Made by a program: the position numbers and the translations under genes
The notes under the pieces: model-generated
Database searches by the model: none
Told to the model about the DNA's origin: nothing
What the model saw: only the letters and a program-made list of their open reading frames with translations
Shown: piece after piece, positions 36,701-51,555 of the stretch
How the letters are laid out: each line of letters begins with the position of its first letter
Position numbering within the stretch: the stretch's first letter is position 1
DNA from: the human T2T-CHM13v2.0 reference genome, Homo sapiens
Reading direction: 5' to 3' (one strand)
DNA: 64,000 nucleotides
Assembly: GCF_009914755.1 (NCBI RefSeq)
Contig: NC_060943.1

Positions 36701-39700
36701 TCTGTGAAGGGAGATTTGGAAACTTTTTGAGGTCTATGGTGAAAAGCAGAATATCCACAGATGAAAACAACAAAGCAGCTATCTGTGAAATGGCTTTGTG
36801 ATGTGTGTATTCATCTCAGAGGGATAAGCCTTTGCTTTGATTCAGCAGGTGGGAACACTCGTTTTGTAGAACTGTGAAGGGATATTTTGAAGCCCATTTG
36901 AGGCCTATGGTGAAAAAACAATAACCCCAGTTCAAAACTAGAAGGAAGCTACCTGTGAAACTGCTTTGTGATGTGTGGATTCACCACTCAGATTTAAACC
37001 TTTCTTTTGATACAGCAAATTTGAAATACTCTTTAGGTAGAATATGTGAAGGGTCATTTGGGAGCCCATGGGGACCTAGGGTGAAAAAATAATATCCCCA
37101 GATAAAAACTAGAAAGAAGCTATCTGTGAAACTGCTTTGTGATGTCTGTATTCATATCACAAAGTTAAAACTTTCTTTGATTCAGCAGTTACAAACACTC
37201 TTTTTATAGAATCTGCGAAGGTACATATGGGAACCCTTTCAGGAATGTAGTGAAAAAACAAATACACACAGATACAAACCAGAAAGAAGCTATTTGTGAA
37301 ACTGCTTTTTTTTTTTTGTGGATTCATCTCATGGAGATGAATTTCCTTTGATTGAGCAGGTTGGAAACACTCTTTCATATAATCTGAATGGGGCATTTTG
37401 AAGCCCTTTGAGGACTATGGTTAAAAAAAAAACACAGTATCCCCAGATAAAAACTAGGAAGAAGCTATCTGTGAACTTTTTTGTGCTATTTTGAGCTATT
37501 TGTGAAACTGTTTTGTGATGAGTGGATTCTTCTCACAGAGTTAAACCTTTTCTTTTATTAACCAGGTTTGAAACACTCTTTTGGTAGAATATGGGAAGGG
37601 AGGTTTGGAATCCAATAGAGAACTATGGTGAAAAAATATCCCCAGATGAAAACTAGAACGAAGCTCTCTGTGAAACTGCTTAGTGATATGTAGATTCATC
37701 TCAAAGGGTTAAACTTGTTTTTGATTCACTAGGTTAGAAACACTCTTTTTCTGGAACCTGCAAAGGGACATTTATGAGCCCACTGTAGTCTATCGTAAGA
37801 AACCAAATATCCCAAGATCAAAACTAGAAAGAGGTTATCTGTGAAACTTCTCTGTGATGTGTGGATTCATCCCAGAGAGTTGAACCTTTCTTTTAATTCA
37901 GCAGGTTGCAAACTGTACTTTTGCAGAGTCTGTGAAGATAATTTTGAAAGCCGTTTGAGTCCTTTGGTAAGAAACCATATGTCCACAGATAACCACTAGG
38001 ATAAAAGTATCTGTTAAGCTGCTTTGTGATACGTGGATTGATCTCACAGAGATAAACATTTCCTTTGATTCAGAAGGTTGGAAACACTCGTTTTGTAGAA
38101 TCTGCATGGGGCATTTTGAAGCCCTTTGAAGCCTATTTAAAAAAATACAATATCTCCAGATAAAAACTAGGAAGAAGGTATCTGTGAACTTCTTTGTGAT
38201 GTGTGGATTCATCTCACAGAGGTACATGTTTCTTTTGTTATAGCATGTTGGAAACACTGTTTTCATAGAATCTGCAAAGAGAAATTTGAGAGCTTTTTGT
38301 GGCCCATGGTGAAAAACCGAATGTTCACAGATGAAAACTAGAAAGAAGCTATCTGTGAAACAGCCCTGTCGTCTGTGGATTCATCTCACAGAGATAAACC
38401 TGTCTATTGAATCAGCAAGTTGCGTACACTCTTTTTATAGAGTCTGCAAAGAAATTTTGGGAGTCCATTGAGGCCTATGATGAAAAACGAATATCCCCAG
38501 ATAAACACTGGAAAAAAAAGTGATCTGTGAAACTGCTTTGTGATGTGTGGATTCATCTCACAGGGTTAAACCTTTCTTTGGATTTAACAGGTTGGAAACA
38601 CTCTTTGGTTAGAATTTGTGAAGGAACATTTGGGAGCCCCTGGAAGCCTATGGTGAAAAACAAAATATCCCCAGATTAAAACCAGGAAGAAGCTGTCTTT
38701 GAAACTGCTTTGTGATGTGTGGATTCCTCTCAAAGACTTAAATCTTTCTTTTTACTCAGTATGTTGGAAACACTCTTTTGCTAGAATCTGCAAAATGAGA
38801 TTTGTGAGCCCACTGTAGTCTAGGGTAAATATATATATATGTATTTCAAGATAGAAACTAGAAAGAAGATGTCAGTGAATGTGCTTTGTGATGCGTGGAT
38901 TCATCTCACAGAGTTAAAATTTTATTTTGATTCAGCAGGTTGGAAACACCTTTTTGTAGAATCTGCCAACAGAAATTTGAGAGACCTTTGAGGCCTAGAA
39001 TGAAAACCAGAAAATCCCCAGATAAAAACTAGAAGGAAGCTCTTTCTGAAACTGTTTGGGATGTGTTTATTCATCTAACAGAGTTAAACTTTTCTGTCAA
39101 TATAGCATGTTTGAAATATTTTTTAGATAGAATCTGTGAAGGGACATTTAAGAGCCTATATAGGCCTATGATGGAAAACAGAATATCCCAAGATAAAAAC
39201 TAGAAAAAAGCTAAATATGTAACTGCTTTGAGATGTATGGATTCAACTCACAGAGTTAAACATTTCTTTAAACACAGCAGCTATGAAACACTTTTTAGTT
39301 AGTATCTGTGAAGGGACATTTAAGAGCCCGTAGATGACTACAGTGAAAAACTCAATAACTTCAGATGAAAACTAGAAAGAAACCATCTGTTTAACTGATA
39401 TGTAATGTCTGGATTTATCTCAGAGAGATAAACATTTCTATTGATTTAGCAAATTGGAATCACTCTTTTGGTAGAATCTGCCAAGTGACATTTGGGATCC
39501 CATGGAGGCCTACTGTGAAAAACTGAATATACCTTGATAAAAACTAGAAAGAAGCTATCTGTGAAACTGCATTGTAAAGTGTGGTTTTAGGTCACAGAGT
39601 TAAACATTTCTTTTGACTCATCAGGTAAGAAACACTCGTTTTGTAGACTCTGTGAAGAGACATTTTGGAGCCCATTGAGTCCTATGGTGAACAACATAAT

Positions 39701-39740
39701 ATTTCCAGATAAAAACCAGAAGGAAGCTATCTGTAAAACC
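30797..39740 (+). repeat. Monomeric alpha satellite, layer B (further from the modern alphoid consensus, probably older)
   Basis: Consistent GTGGATTC, AAGCTATCTGTG, GATTCAGCAGG, GGACATTTGGGAGCCC and AACCGAATATCCCCAG words. Confidence 0.96.
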
Positions 39741-42700
39741 CCTTTGTGTTGTGTGCATTCTTCTTACAGAGCTAAACCTTTATTTTGATTGAACAATACG
39801 GACACACAGTTTTTGTGGAATCTACGATGGGATATATGGGAGCACATTGAGACCTACAGTGAAAAAGGAAATATCTTCAGAGAAAAACTAGAAAGAAGCT
39901 TTCTAAGAAACTGCTTTGCAAAGTGGGCATTCATCTCACAGAGTTAAACTTTCTTTTGATTGAGCAGTTTGGAAACAGTGTTTTGGTAGAATCTGCAAAG
40001 GGTTATTTGGGAGTGCATTGGAGACTATGGTGAAAAAAGAGATATCATCAGAGAAAAACCAGAAAGAAGCTTTCTGAGAAACTGCTTTGTGATAAGTGCA
40101 TTCATCTCACAGAGTTAACACTTTCTTTTGATTGAGAAGTTTGGCAACACCGTTTTTGTAGAATCTGAGAAGGGCTATTTGGGAATATTTTGAGGCCTAT
40201 GGTGAAAAAGGAAATATCTACAGAAAAATACTAGAAGGAAGCTTTCTCAGAAATCCCTTTGTGATTTGTGCATCCATCTCACAGAGTTAAACGTTTCTTT
40301 TGATTGAGCAGTTTGGAAACACTGTTTTTGTAGAATCTGCAAAGGGATATTTGGGAGTGCTTTAAGGACTGTGGTGAAAAAGGAAATATCTTCAGAAAAA
40401 AACAAAAAGAAGCTTCTTGAGAAATTGCTTTATGATGAGTGCATTCATCTCACAGAATTAAACCCTTCTATTGAATGAGCAGTTTGGATACACTGCTTTT
40501 GCAGAATCTAAAAAGGGATATTTGGGAGCACATTGAAGCCTATGGTGAAAAATAAAATATCTAAAGAAAAATACTAGAAAGAAACTTTCTCAAAAATCCC
40601 TTAGTGATGTGTGCATTCTTCTCACAGAATTAAACCTTGCTTTTGATTGAGCAGTTTGGAAACACTGTTTTTGTAGAATCTGTGAAAGGATATTTGGGAG
40701 CGCTTTGAGGCCTATGGTAAAAAAGAAAGTGTCTTCAGATAAAAACTACAAAGAATCTTCTCAGAAGCTGCATTGTGGTGTGCGCATTTTTCTCACAGAG
40801 TTAAATCTTTATTTTGATTGAGCAAATTGGACACACCCTTTTTATGGAATCTAAAAAGGGATACTTGGGAGCCCATTGGGCCCTAGGGTGAAAAAGGAAA
40901 TATATTCAGAGAAAAACAGAAAGAAGCTTTCTGAGAACACTGTTTTGTGATGTGTGCATTCACCTCAAAGAGTTAAACATTTCTTCTGATTAAGAGGTTT
41001 GGAAACACTTTTTTTGTAGAATCTGCCTAGGGAAATTTGGGAGTGCATTGAAGCCTATAGTGAAAAAGAAACTATCTTCAGAAAAATACTAGAAATAATT
41101 TTTCTCAGAAATCCCTTTGTGATGTGCACATTCTTCTCACAGAATTAAACTTTTCTTTTGATTGTGCAGTTTGGAGACACTATTTTTGTAGAATCTCAGA
41201 AGGGATATTTGAGAGCTCTTTAAGGCCTATGGTGAAAAAGAAAATATCCTCAGGGAAACACTAGAAAAAAAAATCCTGAGAAATTGCTTTGCAAAGTGTG
41301 GATTCATATCACAGAGTTAAACCTTTTTTTGATTGAGCAGTTGTAAACACTGTTTTGGTGGAATCTGCAAAGGGATATTTGGGAGTGCCTTGAGGCCCAA
41401 GGTATAAAAGGAAATATCTACAGATCAAAACTAGAAAAGCTTTCTGAGAAACTGTTTTGTGATGTGTGCATTCATCTCACAGAGTTAAACCTTTCTTTTG
41501 ATTGTGCAGTTTGGAAACACTGTTTTTGCATAATCTGTGAAGGGATATTTCAGAGCACTTTGAGGCCTATGGTGAAAAAGGAAATATCTTCACATAAATA
41601 CTAGAAGGAAGCTTTCTGTGAAACTGCTTTTGGATTTGGGCATTCATCTCACACATTTAAACGTTTCTTTTGATTGGGAAGTTTGGAATGACTGTCTTTG
41701 TAGAATCTGTGAAGGGCTATATAGGAGTGCTTCGAGGCCTATGGTGAAAAAGGAAATATTTTCAGAAAAATACTAGAAAGAGACTTTCTCAGATACCACT
41801 GTGTGATGTGTTCTTTCTTTTCACAGAGTTAAATGTTTCTTTTGATTGAGCAGTCTGGAAACACTGTTTTTGTAGAATCTACATAGGTATGTATTGGAGC
41901 ACATAGAGGCCTATGGGGAACAAGGAAATACGTTCAGAGAAAAACTAGAAAGAAGCTTTCTGAGAAACTGCTTTGTGATGTGTGAATTCATGTCAGAGTT
42001 AAACTCTTTTTTTTTGATTGAGCAGTTTGGCAACACTGTTTTTGTTGAATCTGAAAAGCAATATTTGGGGGCGCATTGAGTCCTATGCCAAAAAAGGAAA
42101 TATCTTCAGATAAAAACTAGAAAGAAGCTTTCTGAGAAATGGCTTTGTGATGTGCGCATTAGTCCCACTGAGTTCAGCCTTTCTTTTGATTGAGCTGTTT
42201 ATAAACACTCTTTTTGTAGAATCTGCAAAAGGATCTTTGGGAGTGCTTTGAGGCTTATGGTGAAAAAGGAAATATCTTGAGAAAAACTAAAAAGAAGCTT
42301 TCTGAGAAACTGCTTTGTGATGAGTGCATTCATCCCTCAGAATTAAACTTTTCTATTTACTGAGCAATTTGGAAGCACTGTTTTTGTAGAGTCTGCAAAG
42401 GGATACTTAGGAGCTCCTTGAATCCTATGGTGAATAAGGAAACATCTTCAGATAAATACTAGAAAGAAGCTTTCTCAGAAACCCGTTGGTGATGTGTGCA
42501 TTCTTCTCACAAAGTTAAACCTTTCCTTGATTGAGCAATTTGTAAACACTGTTTTTGTAGAATGTGTGAAAAGATATTTTGGAGCAAATTGAGTTCTATG
42601 GTGAAAAAGGAAATATCTTCAGAAAAAACGAGAAGGAAGCTTTCACAGAAACCACCTTGTGATGTGCACATTCATCTTATAGAGTTAAAACTTTGTTTTC

Positions 42701-45033
42701 ATTTAGCAGTTTGGAGACACTGTTTCTGTACAATCTGCAAAGGGCTATTTGGGAGCTTATTGAGGCCTATGGAGAAAAGGGAAATATCTTCAGAGATGAA
42801 TTAGAAAGAAGCTTTCTGAGAATCTACTTGGTGACAAGTGAATTCATCTCATGGAGTTAAACATTCCTTTTGATTGAGCAGTTTGGCAACAGTGTTTTGT
42901 AGAATCTATGAAGGGATATTTTGGAACACTTAGAGGCCTATGGTGGAAAATGAAATGTATTCAGAGAAAAACTAGAGAGAAGCTTTCTGAGAAACTGCTT
43001 TGTGATGAGTGTTTTCCTCTCACGAATTAAAACGTTCTTTTGATTGAGCAGTTTGGAAACACTGTTTCTGTAAATTTTACCAAGGTGTATTTGGGAACGC
43101 ATTGAGACCTATGGTGAAAAAGGAAATATCTTCAAATAAATACTAGAAAGAAGCTTTCTGAGAAGCTGCTTTGTGATGAGTGTATTCACCATATAGAGTT
43201 AAAACTTTCTTTTGATAGAGCAGTTTGGAAACACTGTTTCTGTAAATTTTACCAAGGTATACTTGGGAGCACATTGAGGCCTATGGTGAAAAAGGAAATA
43301 GCATCAGATAAAAACTAGAAAGAAGCTTTCTGAGAAGCTGCTTTGTGATGTGTGTATTCATGATACAGAGTTGAAACTTAGTTTGGAAAAACTGTTTTTG
43401 TAGGATCTGCGAAGGGATGTTGGGAGCATATTGAAGCCTACAGTGAAAAAGTAAATATCATCAGATAAAAACTAGAAAGAAGTTTTCTCAGAAACTGCTT
43501 TGTGCTGTGTGCATTCTTCTCACAGAGTTAAACCTTTCTTTTGATTGAGAAGTTTAGAAATACTATGTTGGTAGGAAATTCAAAGGGATATTTGGGAGCG
43601 ACTTGAGGCCTATGTTGAAAAAGGAAATATCGCCAGATAAAAACTACAAAGAAGTTTTCTCAGAAACTTCTTTGTGTTCTCTGCATTCTTCTCACAGATT
43701 TAAAACTTTCTTTTGATTGAGCAGTTTGGAAACACTGTTTTTGTAGAATCTGCAAAGGCATATGTGGGAGCCCATTAAGACTTACTGTGAAAAAGGAAAT
43801 ATCTTAAGGGAAAAACTAGAAACATGCTCTCTGAGAAACTGTTTGTGATGTGTGCATTCATATCGCAGAGTTAAACTTTTCTTTTGCTAGGACAGTTGGG
43901 AAACACTGTTTTGGTAGAATCTGTGAGGGGATGTTTGGGACTGCATAGTGGCCTATGGTGAAAAATGAAATATTTTCAGATAAAAAGTAGAAAGAATCTT
44001 TCTGAGAAGCTGCTTTGTGATGAATGCATTCATCTCAGAGGGTTTAAACTTTCTTTGACTGAGCAGTTTGGCAACAGTGTTTTTGTAGAATCTGAGAAGG
44101 AATATTTGGGAGCGATTTGAGGCTTATGTTGTAAAAGGAAATATCTTCAGATAAACACTGAAACAAGCTGTCTGGGAAACATTTTTCTGATGTGTTCATT
44201 GATCTCACAAAGTTAAACCTTTCCTTTAATTGAGCAGTTTGGAAACTCTGTTTTGGTAGTATCCGTGTAGCAATATTTGGGAGCTCATTGATGCCTATGG
44301 TGAAAAAGGAAATATCCTCAGATAAAAATGAGAAAGAAGCTTTGTCAGAAACTGCTTTGTGATGTGTTCATTCTTCCCACATAGTTAAGCCTTTCTTTTG
44401 AGTTAGCAGTGTGGAAACACTGTTTTTGTAGAATCTACAAAAGGATATAAGGGAGCCTATTGAGGCCTATGGTAAAAAAGGCAATATCTTCAAATTAAAA
44501 CTAGAAAGAAGTATTCTCAGAAACCACTTTGTGATGTTTGCTTTCTTCTCACAGTGTTAAATCTTTATTTTAATGATGAGTAGTTTGGAAACACTGTTTT
44601 GGTAGCATCTGTGAAGGGATATTTGGGAGCTGTTTGAGTCCTATGGTGAAAAATGCAATATCTTCAGATAAAAACTAGAAAGAAGCTTTCTCAGAAACAG
44701 CTTTGTGATGTGTGCATTCTTCTCACAGAGTTAAATCTTTCTTTTGATTGATCAGTTTGGAAACACTGTTTTGGTAGCATCTGTGAAGGGATATTTGGGA
44801 GCTCTTTGAGAACTATGTGGAAAAAGGAACTCTCATCAGATGAATTCTAGAAAGAACCTTTCTGAGAAACAGCTTTGTGATGAGTGCATTTGTCTTACCA
44901 AGTTAAACCTTTCTTTTGATTGAGCAGTTTGGAAACACAGTATTTGTAGAATCTGATAAGGGATATTTGGGAGCATTTTGAGGCCTAAGGTCAAAAACGA
45001 AATATCTTCAGATAAAAACTAGAAAGGAGCTTT
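39741..45033 (+). repeat. Monomeric alpha satellite, layer A
   Basis: In-register switch back to GTGCATTC / AAGGAAATATCTTC between 39735 and 39753. Confidence 0.97.
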
Positions 45034-45242
45034 ATTTTTTAATACTTTAAGTTTCAGAGTACATGTGCACAACGTGCAGTGTTGTTACATATGTACACAT
45101 GTGCCATGCTGGTGTGCTGCACCCATTAAATCGTCATTTAGCATTAGGTATATTTCCTAATACAATCCCTCCCTCCTCCCCCACCCCACAACAGTCCATG
45201 TTTTGTGATGTTCCCCTTTCTGTGTCCATGTGTTCTCATTGT

Positions 45243-46743
45243 TCAATTCCCACCTATGAGCGAGGACATGTGGTGTTTCGTTTTCTGTCCTTGCGATAGT
45301 TTGCTGAGAATGATGGTTTCCGGCTTCAACCTTGTCCCTACAAAGGACATGTACTCATTATTTTTTATGGCTGTATAGTCTTCCACGGTGCATATGTGCC
45401 ACATTTTCTTAATCCAGTCTATCATTGTTGGATATTTGGGTTGGTTCCAAGTCTTTGCTATTGTGGATAGTGCTGCAATAAACATGTGTGTGCATGTGTC
45501 TTTTTAGCAGCATGATTTATAATCTTTTGGGTATATACCCAGTAATGGGATGGCTGGGTCAAATGGCATTTCTAGTTCCAGATCCCTGAGGAATGGCCAC
45601 ACTGACTTCCACAATGGTTGAACTAGTTAATAGTCCCACCAACAGTGTAAAAGTGTTCTTATTTCTCCACATCCTCTCCAGCACCTGTTGTTTCCTGATT
45701 TTTAATAATTCCCATTCTAATTGGAGTGAGATGGTATCTCATTGTGGTTTTGATTTGCATTTCTCTAATGGCCAGTGATGATGAGCATCTTTTCATGTGT
45801 CTTTTGGAGATTGCAAAAATTTTCTCCCATTCTGTGTGTTGCCTATTCACTCTGATGGTAGTTTCTTTTGCTGTGGAGAAGCTCTTTAGTTTAATTAGAT
45901 CCCATTTGTCAATTTTGGCTTTTGTTGCCACTGCTTTTGGTGTTTTAGACATGAAGTCCTTGCCCATGCCTATGTGCTGAATGGTATTGCCTAGGTTTTC
46001 TTCTAGGATTTTTATGGTTTTAGGTCTAACATTTAAGTCTTTAATCCATCTTGAATTAATTTTTGTATAAGGTGTAAGGAAGGAATTCAGTTTCAGCTTT
46101 CTCCATATGGCTAGCCAGTTTTCCCAGCACCATTTATTAAATAAGGAATCCTTTCCCCATTTCTTTTTTTTGTCAGGTTTGTCAAAGACCACATAGTTGT
46201 AGGTATGTGGCATTATTTCTGAGGGCTCTGTTCTGTTCCATTGGTCAATATCTCTGTTTTGGTACCAGTACCATGCTGTTTTGGTTACTGTAGCCTTGCA
46301 GTATAGTTTGAAGTCAGGTAGGGTGATGCCTCCAGCTTTGTACTTTTGGTTTAGCATTGACTTGGCAATGCAGGCTCTTTCTTGGGTCCATATGAACTTT
46401 AAAGTAGTTTTTTTCCAATTTTGTGAAAAAAGTCATTGGTAGCTTGATGGGAATGGCATTGAATCTATAAATTACCTTGGGCAGTATGGCGATTTTCATG
46501 ATATTGATTCTTCCTACCCATGAATATAGAATATTCTTCTATTTGTTTGTATCCTGTTTTATTTCATTGAGCAGTGGTTTGTAATTCTCCTTGAAGAGGT
46601 CCTTCCCATCCCTTGTAAGTTGGATTCCTAGGTATTTTATTCTCTTTGAAGCAATTGTGAATGGGATTTCACGCATGATGTGGCTCTCTGTTTGTCTGTT
46701 ATTGGAGTATAAGAATGCTTGTGATTTTTGGACATTAATTTTG

Positions 46744-46748
<5 letters not shown>
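45243..46748 (-). pseudogene. L1 ORF2 3' part (about codon 730 to stop), disrupted, with a ~135-bp internal deletion
   Basis: ORFs [34 protein letters not shown]...[13 protein letters not shown] and ...SLIGGN*. Confidence 0.95.
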
Positions 46749-49524
<2,776 letters not shown>

Positions 49525-49587
49525 TATGATGTTAGCTGGTTATTTTGCTTATTAGTTAACGCAGTTTCTTCCTTGCCTCGATGGTCT

Positions 49588-50602
49588 TTATAATTTGGCG
49601 TGTTTTTGCAGTGACTGGTACCAGTTGTTCCTTTCCATGTTTAGCGCTTCCTTCAGGAGCTCTTTTAGGGCAGGCCTGGTGGTGACAAAATCTCTCAGCA
49701 TTTGCTTGTCTGTAAAGTATTTTATTTCCCCTTCACTTATGAAGCTTACTTTGGCTGGATATGAAATTCTGGGTTGAAAATTCTTTTCTTTAAGAATGTT
49801 GAATATTGGCCCCCACTCTCTTCTGGTTTGTACAGTTTCTGTTGAGAGATGATCTGTTAGTCTGATCGGCTTCCCTTTGTGGGTAACCCGACCTTTCTCT
49901 CTGGCTGGCCTTAACATTTTTTCCTTCATTTCAACTTTGGTGAATCTGTCAATTAAGTGTATTGGAGTTGCTCTTCTGGAGGAGTATCTCTGTGGTGTTC
50001 TCTGTATTTACTGAATTTGAATGTTGGCCTGCCTGGCCAAATTGGGGAAATTTTCCTGGATAATATCCTGCAGAGTGTTTTCCAACTTGATTCCATTCTC
50101 CCCATCACTTTCAGGTACACCAATCAGATGTAGATGTGGGCTTTTCACATAGTCCCATATTTCTTGGAGGCTTTGTTCATTTCTTTTTTTTTTTTTCCTC
50201 TAAACTTCTCTTCTCGCTTCATTTCATTCATTTGATCTTCCATCACTGATACCCTTTCTTCCAGTTGATTGAATCGGCTACTGAGGCTTGTGCATTTGTC
50301 ACTTAGTTCTCGTGCCATGGTTTTCAGCTCCATCAGGTACTTTAAAGACTTCTCTGCATTGGTTATTCTAGTTATACATTTGTCTAATCTTTTTTCAAGG
50401 TTTTTAACTTCTTTGCTATGGGTTCAAACTTCCTCCTTTAGCTAAGAGTAGTTTAATCATCTGAAGTCTTCTTCTCTCAACTCATCAAAGTCATTCTCTG
50501 TCCAGCTTTGTTCCATTGCTGGTGAGGAGCTGCGTTCCTTTGGAGAAGGAGAGGCACTCTGATTTTTAATATTTTCAGTTTTTCTGCTCTGTTTTTCCCC
50601 AT
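49588..50602 (-). pseudogene. L1 ORF1, disrupted
   Basis: ATGGGGAAAAACAGAGCAG start at 50602; fragments MELKTMAREL and ...REWGPIFNILKEKNFQPRISYPAK...QKHAKL*. Confidence 0.95.
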
Positions 50603-51555
50603 CTTTGTGGTTTTACCTACTTTTGGTCTTTGATGATGGTGATGTACTGATGGGGTTTTGTTGTGAATGTCCTTTCTCTTTGTTAGTTTTCCTTGTAACA
50701 GTCAGGACCCCCAGCTGCAGGTCTGTGTGAGTTTGCTGGAGGTGCACTCCAGACCTCGTTGCCTGGGAATCAGCAGCAGAAGCTGCAGAACAGAGGATAT
50801 TGGTGAACAGCAAATGTTGCTGCCTGATCATTCCTCTGGAAGTTTTTTTACAGAGGAGTATCCGGCTGTGTGTGGTGTCAGTCTCCCCCTACTGGGGGAT
50901 GCCTCCCAGTTAGGCTACTTGGGGTTCAGGGACCCACTTGAGTAGGCAGTCTGTCCATTCTCAGATATCAAGCTGTGTGCTGAGAGAACAACTACTCTCT
51001 TCAAAGCTGTCAAACAGTGATATTTAAGTCTGCAGAGGTTTCTGCTGCATTTTGTTTGGCTATGCCCTGCCCCCAGAGGTGGAGTCTACAGAGGCAGGCA
51101 GACCTCCTTGAGTTGTGGTGGGCTCCTCCCAGTTCAAGCTTCCTAGCCACTTTGTTTACCTACTTAAGCCTCAGCAAAGCCCCCTCCCCCAGCCTCGTTG
51201 CTGCCTTGCAGTATGATCTCAGACTGCTGTGCTAGCAATGAGTGAGGCTCCATGGGCATGGGACCCTCTGAGCCAGGCATGGGATATAATCTCCTTGTGT
51301 GCTATTTGGTAAGACCATCGGAAAAGCACAGTATTAGGGTGGGAGTGACCCGATTTTCCAGGTGCCCTCTGTCACCTCTTTCCTTGGCTAGGAAAGGGAA
51401 TTCCCTGACCCCTTGCACTTCCTGGGTGAGGTGATGCCTTGCCCTGCTTTGGTTCACTCTCAGTGCACTGCACAAACTGTCCTGCAACCACTGTCTGATA
51501 CTCCCCCATGAGATGAACCTGGTACCTCAGTTGGAAATGCAGAAATCATTCATTT
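50603..51555 (-). promoter_or_regulatory. L1 5' UTR (internal sense/antisense promoter region), CpG-depleted, lacking roughly the first 65 nt including the YY1 site
   Basis: GC-richer L1PA 5' UTR ending ...GGTACCTCAGTTGGAAATGCAGAAATCA; no GGCCATCTTGG before the satellite resumes. Confidence 0.85.

Noticed and set aside
38826-38845. (TA)n run, and poly(T) runs near 3925 and 33207
   Set aside because: Ordinary slippage expansions with no element body or TSD.
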